In this document: positions 20,967-31,035 of the stretch, piece by piece
Layout: each line of letters opens with the position of its first letter
Numbering within the stretch: the first letter of the stretch is position 1
Assembly: GCA_965262725.1 (NCBI GenBank)
Contig: OZ253555.1
Location: 1 to 64,000 of the forward strand
Length of the DNA stretch: 64,000 nucleotides
Source: Dehalococcoidia bacterium
GTDB lineage: Bacteria; Chloroflexota; Dehalococcoidia; UBA2979
Direction: 5' to 3'
Made by a program: the position numbers and the translations under genes
The notes under the pieces: model-generated
Seen by the model: only the letters and a program-made list of their open reading frames with translations
What the model was told of the DNA's origin: nothing
The model's database searches: none

Positions 20967-22492
20967 CGCGTGCTCCCGGCGAGCAGCGCGTCGTAGTCCG
21001 AGAGGCTCGGGGCCGGGCGGTCGAAGCGCCGGAGCGCCGGCCGCTCCACGACGGCGGCCGTCCGGCGGCCGTCGGCGATGCGCCGTGCCTCGATGGCGAC
21101 CAGCGCCGGGTCGACCGAGCCGATGCGCTCCACCGCGTCCAGCGCGGCGTGCACCGGGATGAAGGGCAGGCGGCGGTGCAGCAGCAGCACCTCGATCAGC
21201 GCGCGCGTCCCCTCGCGGTCGCCGAGCTTGCGGCGTGCTCGCTTCCAGAAGCGCTCGTGCGCGGCCGTGAAGCGCCCCGAGGCGCGCGCCTGCGCGAGCG
21301 CGACCGCGCCGGGGAGCGCACCCGGCTTGTGCGAGAGCACCTCCAGGTAGTGGTCGAGCACGAGGATCTCGGCGCCCTTGCGCGTGCTGCGCTCGTGGCG
21401 GGCGATCTCGCGGCCCTCGGCGTGCACGGTGAGCATCGCGCCGCCGAGGCGCACGTCCACGCTGCGGCCAGCGCAGGCCGCGGGGACCGAGTAGCGCGAG
21501 CCGCGCACCGAGATGCGCGCCTTGCGGTCGGCCTTCGCGCGCAGCGGGACCGCGGAGTCGAATGGCTCGGCGGGGAGCGGCCGCAGCGAGGGCCGCTCGG
21601 TCTCCGCCGCCTGGCCGACGGTCTGGAGCCGGCCGCTGATGTGGCGTGCGTCGTCCGCGCGGTCGGCGGCCTCGAGCAGCGCGTTGAGCTCGGCCAGGCT
21701 GCCCACGTGCGGGACCGGCACGAGGTGGCGGCGGCGGAAGCGCCCGACCTCGCCCTCCACGCCGCCCTTCTCGTGGGCGCCGCCCGGCCCGGGCTCGCAG
21801 AAGAAGGCGTCGAAGCCGTAGTGCGAGCGCAGCGCCGTGAAGCGGTCGCTCTCCACGCGGTCGCGGCCGCGCAGCACGCGCACCACGGCCGCCTTCAGGT
21901 TGTCGTAGCGGACCCGCCGCGGCACGCCCCCGAGACGCCGGAAGGCGATGGCGTGGCCCTCGAGGAACGCCTCCTGCCCCTCGCCGGCGAAGCAGACGTG
22001 GACCGCCCGCCCCGAGTGCGAGAGACGCATGAGGAACATCGACAGCTCGGTCAGCTCCCCGTCCAGGTAGACGCTCACCGTGCCGAAGTCGACCTCGGCC
22101 TCCTCGCCCGGGGGATGGACCTGGGGGATGGTCACCTCCGCGCGGCTGGACTCGAGCTCGCGGCGCAGGCGGCTGACGCAGGCGCGGACCGTCGCCTCGG
22201 CGACCGTCGCGCCGTGCTCATCGACGAGGCGCTCCCAGATCCGCCGCGCCGTGTGGCGCTGCTTCCGAGGTGCGCCCACGTCGGCGACCAGCCACTCGCG
22301 GATCGTCGCCTTGTGGGGACCGAGCTTCGGCGCGGCACGGGCCGCTGGTTTGCGCGGCGGCGGCAGCGCCGACCGCAGCGCCTGCCGCACCGTGCGCCGG
22401 TGTACGCGGTGGCGGCGCGCCAGCGCGCGGATGGACACGCCCCCCTCGCGCCGCTCACGTCGGATATGCTCGAACAGCTTCACCCTCGACAA
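20963..22492 (-). CDS. istA: IS21 transposase
   Basis: AEVDFG, RYDN, HEKGGVE. Confidence 0.95.
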   Translation of the reverse strand: MSRVKLFEHIRRERREGGVSIRALARRHRVHRRTVRQALRSALPPPRKPAARAAPKLGPHKATIREWLVADVGAPRKQRHTARRIWERLVDEHGATVAEATVRACVSRLRRELESSRAEVTIPQVHPPGEEAEVDFGTVSVYLDGELTELSMFLMRLSHSGRAVHVCFAGEGQEAFLEGHAIAFRRLGGVPRRVRYDNLKAAVVRVLRGRDRVESDRFTALRSHYGFDAFFCEPGPGGAHEKGGVEGEVGRFRRRHLVPVPHVGSLAELNALLEAADRADDARHISGRLQTVGQAAETERPSLRPLPAEPFDSAVPLRAKADRKARISVRGSRYSVPAACAGRSVDVRLGGAMLTVHAEGREIARHERSTRKGAEILVLDHYLEVLSHKPGALPGAVALAQARASGRFTAAHERFWKRARRKLGDREGTRALIEVLLLHRRLPFIPVHAALDAVERIGSVDPALVAIEARRIADGRRTAAVVERPALRRFDRPAPSLSDYDALLAGSTR

Positions 22493-22807
22493 CTCCTCTT
22501 CCTCCGCTCGGGGAGGTCATGTTCACCCGAGCGTAGCGATTGGATCGGTCGGGGATGGGGCCAGATCAGAGGATCAAAACGGCTCCAGGTGGGGCCAGAT
22601 CAGAGTAGCGTTCCCAGCCCGGAGGTAGATCGATTCAAGGTGCGGCCAACGCAGGCGGACCGGCCACAGTTTGCGGACGTGATGGCGTCGGGTTTGTTGC
22701 GATCGGTCTTGATCTAGGCCACGACACAGTGATCGGCCTAAAAGTGATCCACCGCAGCAAGACGATCCCTGCCCATCGGTTCTCCCAGCTCCACCGTTAC
22801 GTCAGCC

Positions 22808-22930
22808 CTACGTTCTGGACCGCGTGCGGTAGGAGACGCCGCGCGTGGTGAGGATGTGGGCGTGGTGTCCGAGGCGGTCCCGCAGCGCCTCGGGCACCGT
22901 CACCGCCAGGGGGGTGGTCGAGCGGGTTGC
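22808..22930 (-). pseudogene. istB C-terminal remnant
   Basis: EALRDRLGHHAHILTTRGVSYR. Confidence 0.6.
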
Positions 22931-22938
22931 TCGCGGGG

Positions 22939-23586
22939 TCACCAACCCCGGGGCTTCGTGATGGGCCCTTGAGCGTCGGAGACGGTGTCGGGGAAGAGGC
23001 TGGCGCTCAAGGGACCGCGGCGCAGTGGCCTGTACCAGGAGGCGGCTTTGTCCAGTTGGAAACTCCGTCTGCGACTCGGGTCGTAGACCCCGACCTTCTT
23101 GCCGAGTTTCGTTCGCGCCATCTGGATTGGCAGTTGCAAGTCGGAGTCGTTGGACACCACGACGGCCATTTCGTAGTCGTCCTCGAAGGCATCCATCAGC
23201 AGGTAGGACGCGAGGTTGACGTCGGATCCCTTCTCCTCCGTGTCCAAGATTCCGACGATGCGCGGGCCGGTTCGCGGCCGCTGCGCCAGGGGTCGGAGTT
23301 TGGTCTTGTCGAGCAGGTGGCCGTAGTGGATGGTGAGGTTTGGGACGGTCTGCAGGGCGCGCAGATATGCCTGCTGCCGCTGTGCCACTGTAGGATCACC
23401 GGGGCGGTCGGTAACAGCGGCCGTGAAGTAGCGTATCCGACCCACGCTGTGCTGCGGGAGCAGGAGCCCGGCCAGCTTCCCGAGATCCAGCCAGCGATAC
23501 GGCGTGCCACGCAGCGCGCGGTAGTAGAGATTGAGACCGTCAAGATAAGTGTTGGTGCGGCTGGGGTGGTATCCCCAAAAAGCCAA
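22939..23586 (-). CDS. NYN/LabA-like PIN-fold ribonuclease (start codon doubtful)
   Basis: YLDGLNLYY, IRYFTA, EEKGSDVNLA, VVVSNDSD. Confidence 0.85.
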   Translation of the reverse strand: MAFWGYHPSRTNTYLDGLNLYYRALRGTPYRWLDLGKLAGLLLPQHSVGRIRYFTAAVTDRPGDPTVAQRQQAYLRALQTVPNLTIHYGHLLDKTKLRPLAQRPRTGPRIVGILDTEEKGSDVNLASYLLMDAFEDDYEMAVVVSNDSDLQLPIQMARTKLGKKVGVYDPSRRRSFQLDKAASWYRPLRRGPLSASLFPDTVSDAQGPITKPRGW

Positions 23587-23642
23587 GGCTGCCGCAAGGC
23601 AGCCTTGCGCCCTGCTGCCGAGGCATGCAGGGGGTGTACACA
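23575..23642 (-). repeat. Two-hairpin leader upstream of NYN; further copies at ~27304-27371 and ~31048-31115
   Basis: CCCTGC...GCAGGG hairpin, then AAGGCTGCC-N4-GGCAGCCTT followed by a T-tract on the minus strand. Confidence 0.75.
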
Positions 23643-24050
23643 GTGACGGTATCCAGCGGTCCTACGGGTGTCAAATAACGGGTGATCGCGCCGGCGTTGA
23701 TCTCCAGGCGGCCCGGGGACCGCGTGAAGACCGACCGTCGCGACGCGCGCAAGCTGGTGCACCAACGGCACGTAGACCTCGGCCTGGCGGCGGCGGCACT
23801 CGCGCAGTTGGTACGCCTCCCTCGTCGACATCACCGACACGACGAGGTGATGGCGACCTACGGACGGCACGACCGCCCGGCTCCTCATCCATAAGTCCGA
23901 CGCCGACAGCGTATCGCGGGCGGCCCACTACTACTCGTTGGAGGCGGGCGGCCTCTTCGAGTGGCGTCGGAGCGACGACTGCCTCGTGCGCCACCAGGTG
24001 ACGGGGGTTCACCGCCGATCGCGCAACCCAGGCCATGGTCGGTGAGTGTG

Positions 24051-24210
24051 CTAGCGAGCACTTCTGCGAGGTACGGGCAGCAGCGAGTCCATCAGATCCG
24101 CAGCCTGGCGCTGCTGATCGGGAAGGACGTGCGCGTACGTATCGAGCGTGAACGCCACGCTCGCATGCCCGAGGCGCTCTGAGACCACCTTCGCAGGAAC
24201 GCCGGCCTGC
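24051..24210 (-). pseudogene. Integrase 3' fragment (copy A)
   Basis: QAGVPAKVVSERLGH...TYAHV, same as the end of 31524-32663. Confidence 0.9.
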
Positions 24211-24362
24211 GCCAGCGCGTCCAGGCCGTCGAGGCCGACGTAGCCGGTGGCAACGGCGAGCGGTCCCTCGTAGTAGGCGGTCAGCCAGAGCAGCGCGTCG
24301 CGGTGCCGGCCGTACTCGTCGTTGTCGACGATCTCGAAGATACCTGGTGCCGGTACGGCCAC
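24211..24362 (-). pseudogene. 5' stub of a PLD-like/helicase-associated protein, fused in frame to the integrase fragment
   Basis: IVDN...LAVATGYVGLDGL resembles the N-terminal PLD-like domain of RM-associated helicases. Confidence 0.45.
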
Positions 24363-24372
24363 GCGCGGCGGC

Positions 24373-24930
24373 CTATGTGTCGAAGACGGCGCTCACCGCG
24401 CAGGAGAAACCGGGCAGCACATCCAGGCCGTCAAGCGAGTCATCCTCGCCCAGCGTGGCAACCGCGCCGTCCGCTTGATGCACATCCACGGTGCGCGCGG
24501 CGGGATGCACGACCCAGACCAGCCGCACCCCGTGGCGCAACCACATCTGCGCTTTGTCGTGGATCTCGCGGCGGCTATCGCCGGGGGACGCAACCTCCAC
24601 CACCAGGTCGGGCACGACCTCGGCGTAACCCGTGATCCTGGCGTCCAGAGGGATTTTCTCCGCCGACGTAAACACGATATCCGGCTCACGCACCGTGTCC
24701 GGATCGCGCTCCAGCCAGACACCCGAGTCAGAGGCGACCACCGTGCCCAATTGCCGCGACTTGAGGAAGTAGCGGAGCTCCGCAGCCAGATTGACAACGA
24801 CCCGGCCGTGCTCATGTCCTGTCGGCATGGTTTCGCAGAGCACCCCCCGGATCAGTTCGCCGCGCACGCCCTCGCTGTAGAGCCGCAGCAGGTCGCCGGC
24901 GGTCAGCAGCCTCGTGTCGGTTGTCGTCAT
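24373..24930 (-). CDS. Uma2 (DUF820) family endonuclease
   Basis: GELIRG, VREPDI, PDLVVEVASP, VWVVHP. Confidence 0.92.
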   Translation of the reverse strand: MTTTDTRLLTAGDLLRLYSEGVRGELIRGVLCETMPTGHEHGRVVVNLAAELRYFLKSRQLGTVVASDSGVWLERDPDTVREPDIVFTSAEKIPLDARITGYAEVVPDLVVEVASPGDSRREIHDKAQMWLRHGVRLVWVVHPAARTVDVHQADGAVATLGEDDSLDGLDVLPGFSCAVSAVFDT

Positions 24931-24957
24931 CTCTGGTAGCTCCCGCGCTCGGTCATT

Positions 24958-25478
24958 CTACAACGCGTCGAACGCTGCCATCACACGCGCACGGTAGGCG
25001 GGTGTGACCGCATCCTCGGTGAAGTCCTCGAACACGAAGCGCAGCTCGTCGGCCACCAACCCGTATCCCCGGGCCACTAGGGCGTCGATCTCCGCGCGCA
25101 TGGTCTCGCGTTCATCATCGCCGAGTAGCGCACACTCCACGCCAGCCTCCGCGGCGAAGTAAGTAAACCGCTCGTCGACGCACGACAGCCGCGCTGCCAG
25201 CTCGCCGACGCGTTGCCACGCCGTGTCCTCCCACCGCGGGAAGCCGAGCATGTCGAGAATGAAGAAGTTGACGTTGGTTTCGATATACCTACGGGCCAGC
25301 CAGTCGAACGGAAGGCTGTTCAGCACGCCCAGGACGCTTGTCCGTTCCAAGGCACCCCAACCGGAGAAGATGAGGTAGGGAGCCTTATTCGTGAGCGGCG
25401 TCCGAGGCGGCACGAGGCAGGCACGCACTGTGCGAGAGTCGGTTGAGCGGGACACATCCCGGAAGGCGATGCGAGCCT
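24958..25478 (-). pseudogene. C-terminal fragment of a type IIG restriction-modification enzyme
   Basis: RIAFRDVSRSTDSRTVRACLVP, LGVLNSLPFDW, RAEIDALVARGYGL. Confidence 0.75.
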
Positions 25479-25489
25479 GACCGCGTCGA

Positions 25490-25693
25490 GGATCTGGTCG
25501 CGGCGGGGCCCGCCGTTGCGATACGCGGATCCAGGGCGTGATCTGCTGTCCAGACAGTCGCTGACGCGTGCTGGAGCGCCTCGAACTCGCCGACCTTGCT
25601 CTGGAGCGCCGGGACGTAGCCCCGCCAGCCGTCCGGAAGGATGCCGTCAGTGTTCCCTTGAAGCAGAGGTAGGTCTTCGTAGGTCTCAGGCAT
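25490..25693 (-). pseudogene. 5' stub of a beta-family protein
   Basis: YVPALQSKVGEFEAL resembles the YVP.Lk.K.GE..AL start of beta-family proteins that neighbour ImmA/IrrE genes. Confidence 0.45.
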
Positions 25694-25752
25694 GCGCTCG
25701 CCCCCGAAGGCGGATCCTACTACACTTGCACCCTTAGGGTTATAGGAGGCTG

Positions 25753-26097
25753 GTGGGCGACATCGAAATCGCGTGGGCGGATCCCAAGATGGGCCGGACG
25801 GCAGCCCGCGAGTCGCCCGCCCTGCGAACCTGGGGAAAGGACCGCTGGACCGTGATCAAACGACGGGTCGCGTCGCTCGAGGCCGCGCCGACGCTTGCCG
25901 ACATGCGCGGCGTCCCTGGCCGTTTCCACCAGCTCACGGGTGATCGCGCGCACCAGTTCGCGCTCACGATCAACGCCAACGAGCGACTGGTCTTTGAACC
26001 GGACCATAGCCCACTGCCCGCTCTTCCCGACGGTGGGGTCGATCTGGCAGCCGTCACGCGGATCAGAATTGTCGAGATGGTGGACTACCATGCCTGA
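25753..26097 (+). CDS. higB: HigB-like (RelE-fold) toxin
   Basis: PGRFHQLTGDRAHQFALTI...RLVFEP...VDYH. Confidence 0.8.
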   Translation: MGDIEIAWADPKMGRTAARESPALRTWGKDRWTVIKRRVASLEAAPTLADMRGVPGRFHQLTGDRAHQFALTINANERLVFEPDHSPLPALPDGGVDLAAVTRIRIVEMVDYHA

Positions 26098-27160
26098 CGC
26101 CGGATGGCGACCGGAATGGTCTGTCCCGCCTGGAGACGTTCTTCGGGAAGCGCTTGAAGAGCGGAGCATGAGCCAGTCTGAACTGGCTCGTCGTCTGGCC
26201 CGGCCGCTGAAGACGATAAACGAGATCGTCAACGCGAAGGCGGCGATTACGCCTAAGACCGCGCTTCAGCTGGAGCTGGCGCTGGGGATCAGTGCGGACT
26301 TCTGGAACGCGCTGGAGACTCAGTACCGAGCAGCGATCGCCAGGCAGAACGAAGCCGCGGAACTTGCCGCAGATGAGGAGTGGGCCCGCCAATTCCCGAT
26401 AAGGGAGCTGGTCCTGAGAGATGCGATTCCCGCCGGACTCTCGGGTGTCGACCTCGTCAAGGCGCTTCTCAGGTTCTTCGGCGTGAGCTCGCGAGGGGCG
26501 TGGCAGCGACAGTCGGGACGGACAGCGGTTCGATTCCGCCGGACCCGCGCATACGAATCGTCACCGACTGCAGTTGCGGCATGGCTACGGCTCGGCGAGC
26601 TCGAGGCCGGGGAGATGGACGTAGCGACTTACGAAGCCAGGCGATTCGAGGAAGCGCTCGAACGGAGTCGCACTCTCACTCGTCGCCGGCCGTTTGCACT
26701 GGCTATTCAGATGGCAGCTCGCGAGTTCGCATCGAGTGGGGTGGGGCTCGTGGTCGCTCCGGAGCTCCCCGGCACACGACTTAGCGGTGCCGCGAGGTGG
26801 CTCGGTCCGCGGACGGCACTGATCCAGGTGAGTCTTCGCTTCAAGACGGCCGATCAGGTCTGGTTCAGCATCTTCCATGATGCTGCCCACCTGCTCCTGC
26901 ACCCGCGTGACACTGATTACTTGGACGACGAGGGAGTCGAAGGTCCGCGGGAACAGGAGGCGGATTCATTCGCTCGTTCCTGGCTCGTTCCCGATCGCGA
27001 GTACGATGCGTTCGTGGCAGACGGACACTTCACGGAGTCAACGGTGCGCGAGTTCGCTGAGCTGATCGGTACAGCCCCCGGCATTGTCGTTGGACGTCTA
27101 CAGCATGACGGTCACGTCCAGTCTTCGGTGCTGAACTTCCTGAAGGAACGCCTCAAGTGA
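26090..27160 (+). CDS. higA: HigA-like HTH fused to an ImmA/IrrE-like peptidase domain
   Basis: PPGDVLREALEERSMSQSELA...INEIVNAK...FWNALE; WFSIFHDAAH; EQEADSFA. Confidence 0.85.
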   Translation: MPDAGWRPEWSVPPGDVLREALEERSMSQSELARRLARPLKTINEIVNAKAAITPKTALQLELALGISADFWNALETQYRAAIARQNEAAELAADEEWARQFPIRELVLRDAIPAGLSGVDLVKALLRFFGVSSRGAWQRQSGRTAVRFRRTRAYESSPTAVAAWLRLGELEAGEMDVATYEARRFEEALERSRTLTRRRPFALAIQMAAREFASSGVGLVVAPELPGTRLSGAARWLGPRTALIQVSLRFKTADQVWFSIFHDAAHLLLHPRDTDYLDDEGVEGPREQEADSFARSWLVPDREYDAFVADGHFTESTVREFAELIGTAPGIVVGRLQHDGHVQSSVLNFLKERLK

Positions 27161-27394
27161 CGGGCTGACGAGGCTGAAGGGGCGCGGGATCGCAACATGG
27201 GTCGCTGATGCACCGTCCTCGCATTCACCGTCCCGAGCACTCAATCGGATCCGGTACTTCACGGCTGTCGTCATAAATGTTGGTGCGGATGGGGTGGTAT
27301 CCCCAAAAAGCTAAGGCTGCCTTGCGGCAGCCTTGCGCCCTGCTGCCGAGGCATGCAGGGGGTGTACACAGCTACGTGTATCCAGCGGTGCTAC

Positions 27395-27630
27395 GGGTGT
27401 CAAATGGCGGGTGATCGCGCCGGCGCTGATCCCCAGGCGGCCCGGGGACCGCGTGAAGACCGACCGCCGCGACGCGCGCAAGCTGGCGGAGCTGCTGCGC
27501 GCGGACCTGCTGACGGTCGTGCATCCCCCTACTCCCGACCAGGAGGCGGTGCGCGACCCTCTGCCGGGCGCGCGAGGACACCGTGGCCGACCGCATGCGG
27601 GCGCGCCACCGGCTGGCGAAGCTGCGCCCT
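27395..27630 (+). pseudogene. IS110 transposase fragment; shorter copies at ~23680-23760 and ~31155-31232
   Basis: [30 protein letters not shown]. Confidence 0.85.
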
Positions 27631-27877
27631 CGTTCGTCCATCTCCCCCCGTTCCGGAACCGGATCGCCGAGACCACCGCCGCTGCTGCTTGACAACCGGT
27701 CACTCCATATCAGAGTCCCCGACCACGTCGGCAACGCGGCCGCGGGAGCACACACCCAATTCCGGCACTACTGCATGGAATCCCCAGTGGAGTGAGAGCG
27801 ACGACTGCCTCGTGCGCCACCAGGTGACGGAGGTTCACCGCCGATCGGCGCAGCCCAGGCCATGGTCGGTGAGTACG

Positions 27878-28889
27878 CTAGCGGGCGCTTCTGCGAGGTA
27901 CGGGCAGCAGCGAGTCCATCAGATCCGCAGCCTGGCGCTGCTGATCGGGAAGGACGTGCGCGTACGTATCGAGCGTGAACGCCACGCTCGCATGCCCGAG
28001 GCGCTCTGAGACGACCTTCGCGGGCACGCCGGCCTGCAGCGCCAACGTTGCCGACGTGTGTCGCAGGTCGTGGAAGCGGAAGCCGGTGAGTCCGAGCCTC
28101 CGCACGACCTTCCGGAACTCGGCGGACGCGGAGTAGGGCGCCACCAGCCGGCCATCGTGCCCGGCAAAGACGACCCCATGATCCCCGTATGAAGGTCCCA
28201 TGCGCAGCCGTCGCTCGTTCTGCGCAACCCTGTGCTCACGGAGCACGACAACCGTCGACGGCGACAGCGAGATCGTGCGCCGGCTCCGCGCCGTCTTGGG
28301 TGCTCGCAGCTTCACCCCGCCCGGTCCCAGGTACTGGGAAGTCCGCCGAACGGCTGCCGTTCCCGCCTCCAGATCGAGGTCTACCCACCGCAGACCGAGC
28401 AGCTCACCGAGCCGGAGACCCGTCGACACCGCAACAAAGACCAGACGGCGCTGGTCGTCGTCTTCGCAGGCATTCACCAACCGCTCGACCTCATCCGCGT
28501 CGAGCGCCCGCATCTCCACCCGCTCGGGACGAGGTGCCGACACGGCATCCGCCGGACTACGTTCAAGAAGCTGCCAGCCGACCGCGTGGCGCAGGGCCTC
28601 CTTCAGGACGCGATGGTGGTGGAGGATGGTGCGGGGAGCCAGGGCGTGCTCCCGGAGCCGCGAGTACGTCGTCTGGATGTGTGCCGGCCGCAGGGCCTGT
28701 AGTCTCAGAGCGCCGAGGTGTTCAACGAGCCGCCTGCATATCTGCTGGTAGCGCTGGAGCGTCGATGGTGCGACGTTCGGCTCGGCGTAGTCGCTCAGCC
28801 AGCGTTCGAGGTACTCCGCCACGGTGATGCGGCTCGGTGCAATGTCGATCCCCTGGTCCCGCAGCCTCAGCGCCTCGGTCAGCGCACGC
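27878..28889 (-). pseudogene. Integrase copy B lacking the first ~43 codons
   Basis: Nearly identical to 31524-32535; begins immediately after the stop codon of the 28890-29681 gene. Confidence 0.9.
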
Positions 28890-29681
28890 CTACAGCTCCG
28901 ACAGGAACGACGACTGGATGACTCTTGGCGGGTAGAACAGGCCAACGACCATCCAAGTCGGGAACTGACTGTGCGTGCCGACGTAGAAGTGAGTGTCCAG
29001 CTTCTCGATCATCTCCCGTTCGAACCGATTTCGGAACGGGACTTCCCAGTCCTCACCGTATGTTCGCCTCCAGCTCCGGTACGCCTGAAGCATCTCCCAG
29101 TCCGTGCAGCGCTGCTTATGGCCTTTGATGCACGAAGCGTCGGCGCAAAGGTACTCGTACGAGAACTTGAAGGGGATCTTCTCAAGCTGCTGTTTCGGGA
29201 CTGGGCCGCTGAGAGGTCGCTGTTGCAATTTCAGCAGCTCATCGGGCGTCCAGTCGGGTTTGTCGGGCCTAATCCTCAACCGTGTGATTTCGCGTGGCCG
29301 GACGAGTCCGAGCGTCGGTCCACTGCTGCCCTGTCTCTGGAGGGCACACATCGACTCGGCGAGTAGCGGCTCGACGATCTCGCGCCGCGCCGCCCAGTTC
29401 CGCTCCCTTCCGAGCGTTCCCGAAATGACCTGGATGGAGTCAAGGTCAGGCGTGTAGCTCTCACGTCGATGGTCACTGGCCTTGCTGACGCGAGCTTCGA
29501 TCCACTGGTACTTGGCGAACCGCTGATCATCCTCCAGGTACCGATACGGGATCGGATGGAGCCGAATCCAATCTCCCGACTCAGTCACACCGGCCGTGCA
29601 CGAAGTTTCGATCCCCTTGCGCGCGGGTGTCGGGTACGTGCGGACCGTGACGAGGATTTTCTTAGAGGCCCACTTAGCCAC
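28890..29681 (-). CDS. Conserved DUF488-associated protein (possibly dual-OB-like)
   Basis: ILVTVRTYP...CTAG...WIRLHPIPYR...KYQWI...R.ES; lower GC than flanks. Confidence 0.6.
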   Translation of the reverse strand: MAKWASKKILVTVRTYPTPARKGIETSCTAGVTESGDWIRLHPIPYRYLEDDQRFAKYQWIEARVSKASDHRRESYTPDLDSIQVISGTLGRERNWAARREIVEPLLAESMCALQRQGSSGPTLGLVRPREITRLRIRPDKPDWTPDELLKLQQRPLSGPVPKQQLEKIPFKFSYEYLCADASCIKGHKQRCTDWEMLQAYRSWRRTYGEDWEVPFRNRFEREMIEKLDTHFYVGTHSQFPTWMVVGLFYPPRVIQSSFLSEL

Positions 29682-29689
29682 GCATCACC

Positions 29690-30223
29690 TCAGAGGTCGA
29701 AGCAGTCCAGACCGTGGCGTTCAAGCGCGAGCGCAAGACGATGGCGGTGACATGCCGTGGGATCGACTTCCAAGCACATGAACGCAACCGGGTGGGCTGC
29801 CGCGTTGAAGAACCAGTGGAGGTTGCCGGTCGTGAACTCGGGTAGAACGACCTCGTCGTACCACTCCCAGATCGCATCACGCGTTCCCGCGCGGGACGCG
29901 AGCCCTCGGATGTCACGCGGGACGCCCAGGTCTGGCACGTGGATGTAGTCGATGCCGATCTTACTCAACGCGGCTTCGAGGTTCTTCTGGGCGAATGCGG
30001 GCTTGTACATGCTCGCCGTCGTGTGTCTGATGTCGATCAGCGTCTGGATGTCCGCGCTTTGGAGAATCTTGGCGAACGCTCCGAAGTCACGGCCGGAGTA
30101 GCCGATCGTGTAGAAGTCGGCGATCGCAAGCGATCGCGATTCGTTCCACTCCAACTTGTTCGACGCCTGGACGCGGGGCGGGTCTGTGGGGAGACTCAGG
30201 CTCGCCTGCTGACTCACGATCAC
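29690..30223 (-). CDS. DUF488 family protein
   Basis: YTIGYS, LIDIR, YIHVPDLG, MCLEVDPTACHR. Confidence 0.9.
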   Translation of the reverse strand: MIVSQQASLSLPTDPPRVQASNKLEWNESRSLAIADFYTIGYSGRDFGAFAKILQSADIQTLIDIRHTTASMYKPAFAQKNLEAALSKIGIDYIHVPDLGVPRDIRGLASRAGTRDAIWEWYDEVVLPEFTTGNLHWFFNAAAHPVAFMCLEVDPTACHRHRLALALERHGLDCFDL

Positions 30224-30227
30224 TCCT

Positions 30228-30572
30228 CTACTGCATTAAATGCCAATGGAGTATACCGTGCTCTCGCACTCGCAAGAGGCCGATGTCGCTCTGCAGGCGA
30301 CGGACCCAGGCGTTGTTCGGCAGCTTCTGGGGCAGACGTGCCTGCGTCCGGATTTCGGTCCATGTTAGCCCGTCGGGATTCTGCTTGAGTACATCAGCGA
30401 TCCGATCCCGGAAGTCCTCGTACGTCGTGGCTGACTTCTTCCGGGGTGTGTTCCAGTACGCGCTCTTGCACTTCGGACAGACGCGCGGTTCATTCTCTAT
30501 GTCGCGGGGAATCCACTCGTGCTCGCATCGCTCGCACCTGTAGCCCATCACCGTTATGGGAACCCGGGCCAT
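30228..30572 (-). CDS. Small zinc-ribbon plus winged-HTH protein
   Basis: CERCEHEW...CPKCKS; VLKQNPDGLTWTEIR; AAAGGGGG RBS-like sequence upstream. Confidence 0.7.
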   Translation of the reverse strand: MARVPITVMGYRCERCEHEWIPRDIENEPRVCPKCKSAYWNTPRKKSATTYEDFRDRIADVLKQNPDGLTWTEIRTQARLPQKLPNNAWVRRLQSDIGLLRVREHGILHWHLMQ

Positions 30573-30662
30573 GTGACCCCCCCTTTCCTCTCTAGTGTAC
30601 TACTCACAAGGGACCCCTGCCGGGGTAGCCAATTGACCAGTAGCCATCTAGCCGGTATATTA

Positions 30663-31035
30663 CTAGCCCGATCTGTACGGTGCGAGGCGCCGCCAGTTGA
30701 CATCGTCCTCCCTGTCCAAGATTTCGACGATGCGCGGGCCGGTTCGCGGCCGCTGCGCCAGGGGTCGGAGTTTGGTCTTGTCGAGCAGGTGGCCGTAGTG
30801 GATGGTGAGGTTTGGGACGGTCTGCAGGGCGCGCAGATATGCCTGCTGCCGCTGTGCCGCGGCAGGATCACCGGGGCGGTCGGTAACAGCGGCCGTGAAG
30901 TAGCGTATCCGACCCACGCTGTGCTGCGGGAGCAGGAGCCCGGCCAGCTTCCCGAGATCCAGCCAGCGATACGGCGTGCCACGCAGCGCGCGGTAGTAGA
31001 GATTGAGACCGTCAAGATAAATGTTGGTGCGGACG
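30663..31035 (-). pseudogene. NYN gene copy, truncated before the EEKGSD motif
   Basis: Nearly identical to ~23240-23570, then diverges. Confidence 0.88.

Larger units (their letters stand above)
20119..22616 (-). mobile_element. Complete IS21-family element (second type)
   Basis: Ends TGGGAATGACAACTC / GAGTAGCGTTCCCA; 6-bp duplication GCCCGG (20113-20118 and 22617-22622). Confidence 0.93.

Noticed and set aside
27395-27630. Functional IS110/bridge-RNA system
   Set aside because: Only short internal transposase fragments remain, with no element ends.
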